64,000 nt of DNA from an uncultured Verrucomicrobiae bacterium (lineage in GTDB: Bacteria > Verrucomicrobiota > Verrucomicrobiia > Chthoniobacterales > JAFAMB01): assembly GCA_963762565.1 (NCBI GenBank), contig CAVXLD010000001.1, positions 1,441,129 through 1,505,128 of the forward strand, read 5' to 3'. The notes under the pieces were generated by a model. It was not told where the DNA came from. It worked only from the letters and a program-made list of their open reading frames with translations, and ran no database searches. The translations under genes and the position numbers were made by a program. Every line of letters begins with the position of its first letter. The stretch's first letter is position 1. Positions 40,533 through 49,471 of this stretch are shown one piece after another.

Positions 40533-41732
40533 TCACCGGAATTTTGTGTCTCGTTCTTTAGCCGCAGCGATAGTAATCGCTTCGGCGTCATCATCGGTCA
40601 CTTCCAAAGCAGATACGTTATCGGATACTAACGTGTCGACAATACAACGGGCGGCGTCCGGCCGGCTCAAAGCGAACGCCCGGTTCCGCATCTGATCCAG
40701 TCGCTCCGGATTGTCTAACAGAGCATCGATCTTGTAGGGGATAGTGGTCATCTCGTTGCATTTCACGGCCACGCCATCCTCAAGCAGATGATCACTATTT
40801 CTCTCTTCCTGGCCCGGGATCGGGCTCACAATCACCATGGGCAACCCACAGGTAAGCGCTTCGGCACTGGTCAGCCCGCCGGGCTTACCGATGAAGAGAT
40901 CGGAGATTTTCATCAGATCCGGCATCCGATCGGTATAACCGAAGACCTTGAAGTTCTCGTTACCGTAACCGGCTGCCCGCTGCACGAGGTCCCTCGTCTC
41001 GGTGCTTCTCCCGCACACCACCAGCGTCTGCACCTTGTTGCGCAGCTGTTTAATCCGGTCAACGACGAATTCGGCCGGACCAACTCCCAGAGCTCCAGCC
41101 GACAAAAGCAAAGTGGGCCGAGTGGGATGTAGCCGGTAGCTCAGCCGGGTCGCAACTCGGTCAATCGGAGAAGCAAATTCGGGGTCAATCGGGATGCCTG
41201 AAACCGTTATCCTATCTGTTGGCAGGCCCAACATCTCCAGGTGCGCTCTGGTTTCTTCAATCGCCACAAAATAGCGATGAAACATGCGGGACAACCACAT
41301 GGCGTGAAAATCCAAATCGGTCACCACGATCGATAGATGCGCATCTAGCCGATTCTTGGCGATAAGATCCGAGATGATTCCCGCCGGCATGAAGTGTGTG
41401 CAGACGGTGATGTGGGGATCAAATTTGCGAATAAATTTTACCAGAGGCCCGGTATTTAGCCGATCGAGCATCAGGCGCATGCCATCGGTTTTCCAGGGTT
41501 CATCGCTCTGCTTGTACCACCAGCCGAGAAAATCGGGAGCCGTCTGAACCAAACGGGCATAAAGCTTCGAATAAAAGTCGCGGAAAAGCTTATTGGTGAA
41601 ATGCAAAGCGTCGCTATGTACGACTTCACCGACTCTGGGATCTCCTCGAAAAGCTTTGGTGAGTGCCTCACCGGCGCGGACGTGCCCGGTCCCCGCGCTG
41701 GTGGACATGATCAGAACCCGTTTCTTCATCAT
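40533..41732 (-). CDS. MGDG synthase/UgtP-family diacylglycerol glycosyltransferase (GT28)
   Basis: SAGTGHVRA, CTHFMP, VVTD, GIPI, GKPGGLTSAEAL, PIPGQEERN. Confidence 0.93.
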   Translation of the reverse strand: MMKKRVLIMSTSAGTGHVRAGEALTKAFRGDPRVGEVVHSDALHFTNKLFRDFYSKLYARLVQTAPDFLGWWYKQSDEPWKTDGMRLMLDRLNTGPLVKFIRKFDPHITVCTHFMPAGIISDLIAKNRLDAHLSIVVTDLDFHAMWLSRMFHRYFVAIEETRAHLEMLGLPTDRITVSGIPIDPEFASPIDRVATRLSYRLHPTRPTLLLSAGALGVGPAEFVVDRIKQLRNKVQTLVVCGRSTETRDLVQRAAGYGNENFKVFGYTDRMPDLMKISDLFIGKPGGLTSAEALTCGLPMVIVSPIPGQEERNSDHLLEDGVAVKCNEMTTIPYKIDALLDNPERLDQMRNRAFALSRPDAARCIVDTLVSDNVSALEVTDDDAEAITIAAAKERDTKFR

Positions 41733-41891
41733 TTTAAGACAGCGGCTCCAGAGCCAGTCGATGGGTTAGAAACCGGAGCTTGGTTCAGCTCCAGTTCAAC
41801 CCATTCCGCCGCTTTCTTCAAGGTAACGTTTATAAGCTTGTCCTCAACCGTCAGACCGGCGGGCACGCCACCGCGGGTCCCGCCCATCTCT

Positions 41892-43577
41892 TTATTTAAC
41901 ATCTCGGCTAGCACTCGGCACCGGTTCCATGCTCAAAGCCGAATCCACGAACTGGTCAAAGTCGGTCTTCAACTTTTTGCGCGAGGCGGTTTCGAGATAC
42001 ACCATGTGCCCGCATCCATAGAAATCGAGCTGGATGTTATTCCTGACAGCCGGATCGAGGTTCATGTTATGCACCACGCTTTCGGCCGCAAAGTACGGGG
42101 TTGCTAAATCAAAGTAACCGCAACACACCATCACCCTGAGGTAACGATTCCGGTCCATGGCTTTTTTCAAGTCCTGGGCAACATCCAAATACTTGTTGCG
42201 AGCCAGCGTCCAGGGGTGAACCTCGGCGATCCGCTCGTACGGCAACTCGCTTTCGTATTTTAGATCCTGACGCACGTAGGTGTAGAATGCAGACGTAAAC
42301 GGACCGTCTACGGCTTCATCGCTCGGGTCCGAATCGTCGCGATCGGTTCCGGGATAGCTGCGAATGCCAGTAAACCGGCTGTCGAATCGACCCAACGATC
42401 GGTTTTGATCCCGCAAAAGGTCGTTGAAAAATAAATGATCAGATTCCCGCAGGCTAAGTTGAAGGAATCGCTGTTGGCTCAGTCCCGTGAACCGAGCGAG
42501 TTGAGCAGCCACGGTGCTTTTTTCATCTGGAGAAAGCCGGTCTCCTCTGGACAACGCGTGCGCATAATCGTCCTGCGCAAATTGTTCCACCTTAGAGAGA
42601 AGGTCCGGGAGCGTCAGCTGTTCGAGATCAGGCGAGAGTTTTTTGTGATACCAAGCGGCCGAGGCATAGGAAGGCAAGAATAAGGGGTAAGGTTGATCGT
42701 TACCCGGGCTGAAATCTATGGCTTGAAAATTCAGCACAGAACTAATCAGCACGATCCCATTCAAATAAAGCCCGTAACGGCTTTCCAAGTAGTCGCTCAG
42801 TCCGGCGGCTCTAGTTGTGCCGTAGCTTTCACCGGCAATAAATTTCGGTGATGCCCATCGACCATATTTTGTCGTCCAAAGGCGAATAAAGTCGCCCACA
42901 CTTTGGATATCCTCTTTGTAACCCCAGAACTGCTTGGCTTCTTCGCCCGGCGCCGGACGGCTGTACCCGGTGCTCACCGGATCAATAAACACCAAATCGG
43001 TCTTTGGCAGCCAGGTACTCTCGTTGTCCACGAGCTTGCTTGGCGGAGGCAGCGCTTCTCCGGCATCGGACAGTTGGGTTCGACGCGGGCCTATTCCACC
43101 CAAATGCAACCAGATAGAGGACGAACCGGGGCCGCCATTGAACGCAAATGTCAAAGGCCGGGCCGCCGGATCGCCAACGTCTTCTGCCACATAGGCTACA
43201 AAGAACACCTGCGCTTTCGGTTTTCCTTTGGTTGGGTCAACCGGTTTCTCGGTCTTCTTGTGCTCGGCGCCAGCGTCCGGCTCCGCATCTTCGCTCGCCG
43301 CTTCCTGTGCTTGATTTTGCTCAGCACTGGTGTCCCTGAGCAGCAAATAACCCGTAATAGCCTTGTATCTTAGACTTTTTCCGTCCGGTAGAGTCAGGCT
43401 GTGCTCGGTCACCACTGGCGGAGGCGGCTCAAACTCAGATGATTTCTCGTCTTTGGCCGATGGGTTTGGCTTCGCCGATTCCGACGGAGATGGCTTAGGG
43501 GTTTGTCCCAGGAGCATCGTACCGCTCGCCAACAAAATCAGCAAACTCGCAGGCTCACGCAAAGAAATTTGGAGCAT
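41892..43577 (-). CDS. Serine carboxypeptidase S10 family
   Basis: FNGGPGSSS, FIDPVSTGYS, GESYGTTR, GYFDLATP, GHMVY; signal peptide. Confidence 0.95.
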   Translation of the reverse strand: MLQISLREPASLLILLASGTMLLGQTPKPSPSESAKPNPSAKDEKSSEFEPPPPVVTEHSLTLPDGKSLRYKAITGYLLLRDTSAEQNQAQEAASEDAEPDAGAEHKKTEKPVDPTKGKPKAQVFFVAYVAEDVGDPAARPLTFAFNGGPGSSSIWLHLGGIGPRRTQLSDAGEALPPPSKLVDNESTWLPKTDLVFIDPVSTGYSRPAPGEEAKQFWGYKEDIQSVGDFIRLWTTKYGRWASPKFIAGESYGTTRAAGLSDYLESRYGLYLNGIVLISSVLNFQAIDFSPGNDQPYPLFLPSYASAAWYHKKLSPDLEQLTLPDLLSKVEQFAQDDYAHALSRGDRLSPDEKSTVAAQLARFTGLSQQRFLQLSLRESDHLFFNDLLRDQNRSLGRFDSRFTGIRSYPGTDRDDSDPSDEAVDGPFTSAFYTYVRQDLKYESELPYERIAEVHPWTLARNKYLDVAQDLKKAMDRNRYLRVMVCCGYFDLATPYFAAESVVHNMNLDPAVRNNIQLDFYGCGHMVYLETASRKKLKTDFDQFVDSALSMEPVPSASRDVK

Positions 43578-43731
43578 AGTTGTGCCCTTGCCATTTAGCC
43601 GAAACTGCCGGATAGGCAATCGCTGACTCGCTTAGACTCGTCAGCGAATGATCAATAGCCGAAAGCCAATAGCCAATCAGGACGCGTACTCACCACTTGC
43701 TATTGGCTATCGTTTATCGGCTATTGGCTAT

Positions 43732-44178
43732 GTGAACGAGCCTCAGGCGAGTGAGATCGCCGGCCTGCTTGAGACCGCGCTCTATCTCGAAGACGTTGGA
43801 AAAGGATCGCGTTTTTATCAGGATCTTTTCGGGTTTTCGTTGCTCAGCGGTAGCACTGTGCACGATGCAATTTTTGCTGCACTGGAAGTGCCGGGAAAAG
43901 GAGTATTGCTGCTTTTCAAGAAGGGAGCGAATGCGCACCCGGTAGATACGGGAGGGGGACTGATTCCTCCTCACGGCGGCGACGGAAGGTTGCATTTGGC
44001 TTTCGCGATTTCAGCCGATTCCTATGAACCGTGGAAAGCGAAACTCGCCGCTAAAAACATTAAGCTTGAGAGCGAAGTCCGATGGAAGAAAGGCGGTCGC
44101 AGTCTCTATTTTCGCGACCCTGAAGGTAACCTCGTGGAATTGGCGACCCCTGGACTCTGGCCCTTTCAGTCGCCTTAG
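43732..44178 (+). CDS. VOC/glyoxalase family protein
   Basis: LETALY, IPPHGG.GRLHLAF, SLYFRDPEGNLVELATPG; the upstream extension is 7-mer repeat derived. Confidence 0.92.
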   Translation: MNEPQASEIAGLLETALYLEDVGKGSRFYQDLFGFSLLSGSTVHDAIFAALEVPGKGVLLLFKKGANAHPVDTGGGLIPPHGGDGRLHLAFAISADSYEPWKAKLAAKNIKLESEVRWKKGGRSLYFRDPEGNLVELATPGLWPFQSP

Positions 44179-44524
44179 GCTCGTTTGGGCCGTTGACGGC
44201 TCGGCGGAACCGTTTAGAATACTTGCGCAGTAGGGTTAATTTACTGTGGTTTCGCAGGGGACGATGCGGCGAAACGGCGCACCGGCGAAGGGGCGAGGCG
44301 CGAGGGGGTATGGAGACGCATGGGTGTGACTCGGGACTGTGTGAAGTGGAACGGATGGAATCCGCCTTCGCAAAGCCTACGGCGCGACCGGCTCTATGGG
44401 ACAGATAGGAGTTTTGGAATGGGGACCCATTGGTCCCACGCGTCTAACCCGTGGCAGCATCCAAGCGTTCGCTCGCATTCGCCCCGTCGCCGTTTCGCCG
44501 TTTCGCCGTTTCGCCCACTCGCCT

Positions 44525-47500
44525 TTACTCTGGCGATTTCGTCTCAGCGCCATCTCGCCCATTCGCCGGTGCGCCCTCTCGCCCATTCGCCGCCCGGCGC
44601 GGTCCGAAGAACTTCATAATGACTGAGAAGAAGACCGGAGTTAAAAAGATTCCAAAGAGGGTCACGCCGATCATCCCGCTGAAAACAGCAGTGCCAAGTG
44701 CCTGGCGCGTCTCGGAGCCTGGTCCTTTAGCGACGGCCAAAGGCAACACACCGAGCGTGAATGCGAACGACGTCATCAAAATAGGCCGTAGACGCAAACG
44801 CGCCGCATCGGCTGCTGCCGTGAGCCGGTCCTGTCCGCGACTGACCTCGTCTCTGGCAAACTCCACAATCAAAATCGCGTTCTTGCACGCTAATCCGACC
44901 AGCACGACGAACCCGATCTGCGTGAAAATGTTATCATCCATCCCCCGGATGTGCACGCCGGTGATCGCGGCCAGCAAACACATCGGCACGATGAGAATAA
45001 TGGATGCCGGCAACGCCCAGCTTTCATATAACGCAGAAAGGACGAGAAATACGAACACGACACACAGCGGGAAAATATAAACGGCACTGTTTCCCGCTAA
45101 AATCTCCTGAAGGGACAACTGAGTCCATTCAATGCCGAACTGCGGAGGAAGTGTATCCCGGCAAATCTGTTCCATCGCTTGGATGGCTTGCCCGGAGCTA
45201 ATTCCGGGCAGCGTAGCCCCGTTGATGTCAGCGGAGGGATAAAGATTGTAATGCATGACTTTATCCGGACCCGCTGTTTCCCGGATGTTCATTAATGTGC
45301 CCAGCGGCACCATGGCACCAGAATTGTTTCTGGTATAAAGCTGGCGGATGTTATCAACACTATCTCGAAACTGGGGAAGGGCTTGGCCGTTTACCTGATA
45401 AACTCGGCCTAAAAAATTGAAATCGTTAATGTAGGTTGAACCGAGATAGGTTTGGAGCGCCGAAAAAACGGAGTTAACTGGAACGTTTAAGGTTTCAGCT
45501 TTCTTTCGATCAATATCGAGATAGATCTGCGGAACATTGTACCGGTAGCTTGTATACAACCCGACTAGACCAGGTTGTTGGCTGGCTTTGGCGATGACGG
45601 CATTGGTTGCATCGTACAGTTGCGCCAGACCAGCCGACCGGCGGTCTTCTATTTCCAGGTTAAACCCACCGGCATTGCCGACTCCTCGGACCGGCGGTGG
45701 AGGAAATGCCAATACAAAAGCGTCAGTAATCTGATTCACGTTCCGGCGCACAGCCCCCAGGATTGCGTTCATGGACTGAGCCGGGTCATTCTCCCGCTCT
45801 TCAAAAGGCTTTAGTGTTGCGAACACCGTGCCGGAATTTGAGCGGGTTGTACCGTCCAACCCGGAAAACCCGCCGATCTCGACGGAGTGCTCCACCCCGG
45901 GGATCTTGCGTACAATACCGGAAAGTTGTTCCAGGACCGCATCCGTTCGTTGTAACGACGCTCCGTCCGGCAATTGTGCCAGAATAATCACATAACCCTG
46001 GTCTTGGGTTGGGATAAACCCGCCGGGTACGGTTTTGAATTCTAGTCCCGTTAAAAATAAGAGGCCGGCATAAACAACTAGTACGACCCCAGCCAAGCGC
46101 AACAGCCTGCCTACCACCCGGGAATACCCCTTGGTAGTGGCGGAAAATACGCGGTTAAACCCTCGAAAAAACCAACCAAACAGAAAATCCAAAACTCGGG
46201 CAAATAGATCCTTCTTGGCCCCCTTTTCTTTCAGAAGCATAGCCGCCAGTGCCGGGCTCAAGGTTAAAGAATTGAAGGCCGAGATCAGGGTAGACACCGC
46301 AATAGTCAATGCGAACTGACGATAGAACTGGCCGGTGATGCCGCTAACAAAGGCCGTCGGGATAAATACTGCGCTCAAAACAACGGCAATGGCCACTACG
46401 GCGCCGCCAACTTCATCCATGGCTTTGCGCGTCGCCGCTTTGGGCTCCAATCCTTCCTCAAGATTTCGTTCTACGTTCTCAACCACCACAATAGCGTCAT
46501 CGACCACGATACCGATCGCTAACACGAGACCGAACAGTGAAAGGTTGTTGAGGGAAAACCCCATTGCCGCCATGACGGCGAAGGTCCCGATCAATGATAC
46601 CGGAACCGCCAGTAAAGGAATAATCGTAGCCCGCCAGGTCTGTAGGAAAATCAATACGACGATCAAAACCAGAATGATTGCCTCAAACAGGGTGTGATAA
46701 ACCGCTTCAACCGATTGTTGAACGAACTGGGTGGGGTCATAAACGATCGTGTATTCCAGACCAGGCGGAAAAGAGGCGCTCAGCTCCTTCATTTTGGCCC
46801 GGACCGCTTGCGACGCCTTTAACGCGTTCGACCCGGGTAACTGGAAGATGCCGAGCGCCACTGCGGGTTTACCGTCGAGACTGGAGGTAGTGCTGTAATC
46901 CTGGGCGCCAAGTTCGACATCGGAGACATCGGCAAGGTAAACGATCTGTCCATTCGATCCTCTTTTGACGACGATTTGTTTAAACTGGTCCGGGGTCACT
47001 AATCGGCCCAGCGTATTAATCGTGAGGGTAAAAGCGGTCCCTTTGGGAGCGGGCGGGGCGCCCAGTTGTCCGGCCGCTACTTGGATGTTCTGCCCTTGTA
47101 CTGCCGAAACCACATCATCCGTAGTCAGCCCGCGCGCATACATCTTGTTCGGGTCCAGCCAAAGCCGCATGCTATAATCGCGCTCGCCGAAGATCTGAAC
47201 GTTGCCTATCCCGGTCAATCTCGACAACGGATCCCTCACCTGGATCAGCGCATAGTTGCTGATGTACTCCTGCCCGTAGGTATTATCAGGTGAGAGCAAA
47301 TGCACCACCATCATCAGGTCAGGTGACTGCTTCTGAGTGGTGACTCCAATCGCCTGCACCTCCTGAGGAAGGCGCGGCAGCGCAACGGATACCCGGTTCT
47401 GCACCAGGACTTGGTCAGTATCGACGTCTGTCCCCAGGGCAAATGTAACCGTAATCGTAACAGCCCCATTGTTGGTCATCTGCGACGAGATGTAGAGCAT

Positions 47501-47728
47501 GTTCTCCACTCCATTGACTTGTTCTTCAATGGGTGTAGCCACGGTCTCAGCCAACGTCTCGGGATCCGCTCCCGGATAGGTCGCCGAAATTTGCACCGTC
47601 GGCGGCGCTATCTCCGGATATTGAGAGACTGGCAATGCTAAGTACGCGATTCCTCCTGCCAATACGATCAGGATGGACAGCGCCATCGCAAAGATCGGCC
47701 GGTCAATGAAGAAGTGGGAGAACTTCAA
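44525..47728 (-). CDS. RND efflux permease (HAE1, MexF/BpeF-like)
   Basis: FFIDRPIFA, LAIGIVVDDAIVVVEN, GLACKNAILIVEFA, RLRPILMTS. Confidence 0.96.
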   Translation of the reverse strand: MKFSHFFIDRPIFAMALSILIVLAGGIAYLALPVSQYPEIAPPTVQISATYPGADPETLAETVATPIEEQVNGVENMLYISSQMTNNGAVTITVTFALGTDVDTDQVLVQNRVSVALPRLPQEVQAIGVTTQKQSPDLMMVVHLLSPDNTYGQEYISNYALIQVRDPLSRLTGIGNVQIFGERDYSMRLWLDPNKMYARGLTTDDVVSAVQGQNIQVAAGQLGAPPAPKGTAFTLTINTLGRLVTPDQFKQIVVKRGSNGQIVYLADVSDVELGAQDYSTTSSLDGKPAVALGIFQLPGSNALKASQAVRAKMKELSASFPPGLEYTIVYDPTQFVQQSVEAVYHTLFEAIILVLIVVLIFLQTWRATIIPLLAVPVSLIGTFAVMAAMGFSLNNLSLFGLVLAIGIVVDDAIVVVENVERNLEEGLEPKAATRKAMDEVGGAVVAIAVVLSAVFIPTAFVSGITGQFYRQFALTIAVSTLISAFNSLTLSPALAAMLLKEKGAKKDLFARVLDFLFGWFFRGFNRVFSATTKGYSRVVGRLLRLAGVVLVVYAGLLFLTGLEFKTVPGGFIPTQDQGYVIILAQLPDGASLQRTDAVLEQLSGIVRKIPGVEHSVEIGGFSGLDGTTRSNSGTVFATLKPFEERENDPAQSMNAILGAVRRNVNQITDAFVLAFPPPPVRGVGNAGGFNLEIEDRRSAGLAQLYDATNAVIAKASQQPGLVGLYTSYRYNVPQIYLDIDRKKAETLNVPVNSVFSALQTYLGSTYINDFNFLGRVYQVNGQALPQFRDSVDNIRQLYTRNNSGAMVPLGTLMNIRETAGPDKVMHYNLYPSADINGATLPGISSGQAIQAMEQICRDTLPPQFGIEWTQLSLQEILAGNSAVYIFPLCVVFVFLVLSALYESWALPASIILIVPMCLLAAITGVHIRGMDDNIFTQIGFVVLVGLACKNAILIVEFARDEVSRGQDRLTAAADAARLRLRPILMTSFAFTLGVLPLAVAKGPGSETRQALGTAVFSGMIGVTLFGIFLTPVFFSVIMKFFGPRRAANGREGAPANGRDGAETKSPE

Positions 47729-47743
47729 GCCGACCTCCTACAA

Positions 47744-47950
47744 AAGGAGTACAAGGAGTTCGAGGAGTACAAGGAGACTGCCGTCCGCACTGCTACGACT
47801 TTCAGTATCGCGTTCCGGTTCGTCATTGGTCCGTTTTTACTTGAAGAATTGGCTCGATTCGTACCTCGGTATCTCCTTGAACTCCTTGAACTCCTTGAAC
47901 TCCTTGAACTCCTTGAACTCCTTGAACTCCTTGAACTCCTTGAACTCCTT
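47744..47950. repeat. Inverted 9-mer element with expanded right arm (CTCCTTGAA)8
   Basis: Left arm AAGGAGTACAAGGAGTTCGAGGAGTACAAGGAG; right arm 47873-47950. Confidence 0.93.
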
Positions 47951-47958
47951 CGTTTTCG

Positions 47959-49236
47959 CTATTGGTGCCTACCGTTACTAGGCGACCGATTTGTCATGGA
48001 CGCGCTCAGCCGGTTCTTATCGTTCCCGGCGTTGACGGCGTTCTCGGCGCTCCCGGCGTTGATATGGACGTCCATTGCTAACTCTTGGGAAGCGTACTTT
48101 GTCATATCCGTCGTTTCGGCATTTACTTTAACGTTTGGCCGGACCTTACCGACGCCCTCTACGATGATTGTTTCGTCGCCTGTAAGGCCGCTCCTGACCA
48201 CACGCAGACCATCCACGATCGGTCCTGTCTCCACGGTTTGATACTTCGTGAGACCGTCTGCTTGGACAACCACCACGAACTTCTGGTTTTGGTCGGTCCC
48301 TATCGCGCGATCTGCTATCAGTACCCCCTCAAACTTAGGTGTACCGGCTATTCGAACCGTACCGAAAGCACCTGGAATTAGGTAGCCGTCCAAGTTTGGA
48401 AACCGGCCACGTAACTGCAATGTACTGGTATTTGGATCGAACGTGTTACTGACGAAATCGATCACTCCTTGGTGGGGATATCCTTCCTCGGTCTCAAGGT
48501 GAAGCCAGACCGGCAGCGGTTGCCCGGCGTTTGGCCATTTTCCAGCTTTGACCGCTTGCCTGTAGCGTATCACCGATGCTTCATCGACGTAGAAATAGGC
48601 ATAGATCGGGTCGATACTGACGAGTGTGGTTAGTTGGGTTGTATTCGCTGCCACTAGGTTGCCCCGATTAACCAACTGAACTCCGATGCGACCGTGGATG
48701 GGCGACCGAATCTGGGTGAAGCTTAGGTTCAGCTGCGCCGATTCTACCGAGGCTTGGTTGGCTATGACCGTGGCATCTGCTACATATTTCTGAGCTGCAG
48801 TTGTGTCGTAATCCTGCTGGGCGATCACTTTCTTGGCTAACAAATCCTTGGCGCGTTCCAGATTCGCGTCGTTTAGCTTTTGCTGAGCGATCGCTTGCTC
48901 TAACTGCCCCTTGGCCTGGTCAAGCGCTGCCTGATAAGGACGAGGATCGATTACAAACAGGAGATCGCCAAAATCAACGATGTCTCCTTCTTTAAAAGTA
49001 ATGTTATCGATGTAGCCGGTGACCCGCGGTATGATGGTGACCGTATCGACGGCTTGCGTCTGAGCCGTGAAATTAAGCCATTCAACGATCTCTTTTTTGA
49101 TCGGCTTGGCCACCGTCACCATCGGCGGAGGAGGAGCTTGGGCGGCCGGCTTTTGTTCGCAACCAAAGACGCCAAGCCCAGCAAGTACTAGTAACCCCTT
49201 TTTTAGAGCTGTACGGGAAATTGGGCGACAATCCAT
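47959..49236 (-). CDS. RND efflux periplasmic adaptor (MFP) lipoprotein
   Basis: Lipobox [29 protein letters not shown]. Confidence 0.94.
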   Translation of the reverse strand: MDCRPISRTALKKGLLVLAGLGVFGCEQKPAAQAPPPPMVTVAKPIKKEIVEWLNFTAQTQAVDTVTIIPRVTGYIDNITFKEGDIVDFGDLLFVIDPRPYQAALDQAKGQLEQAIAQQKLNDANLERAKDLLAKKVIAQQDYDTTAAQKYVADATVIANQASVESAQLNLSFTQIRSPIHGRIGVQLVNRGNLVAANTTQLTTLVSIDPIYAYFYVDEASVIRYRQAVKAGKWPNAGQPLPVWLHLETEEGYPHQGVIDFVSNTFDPNTSTLQLRGRFPNLDGYLIPGAFGTVRIAGTPKFEGVLIADRAIGTDQNQKFVVVVQADGLTKYQTVETGPIVDGLRVVRSGLTGDETIIVEGVGKVRPNVKVNAETTDMTKYASQELAMDVHINAGSAENAVNAGNDKNRLSASMTNRSPSNGRHQ

Positions 49237-49471
49237 GGCGCAAGTTCGCTCTCGGGGACAGAGTTGCACCGATACCGTTCCGATGTCCATCGCAAAAGGA
49301 AGGGAAGTTTCGCTAGCGGCTGCCGAATGTACGACGCACTGCCAGGAAAGTAGACGGGAGTGGACTCAGTGGACGTAGTAGACCTGGTGAACACCGACGA
49401 AAACGGCGCCGCTAACCACGCCGTTCCGGCTTATCACCCATACGCCGTATCGCCGTTTCGCCCATTCGCCA

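Noticed and set aside
47673..48241. ORFs with LLE or SLN repeats
   Set aside because: Translations of the CTCCTTGAA array, antisense to the efflux genes.
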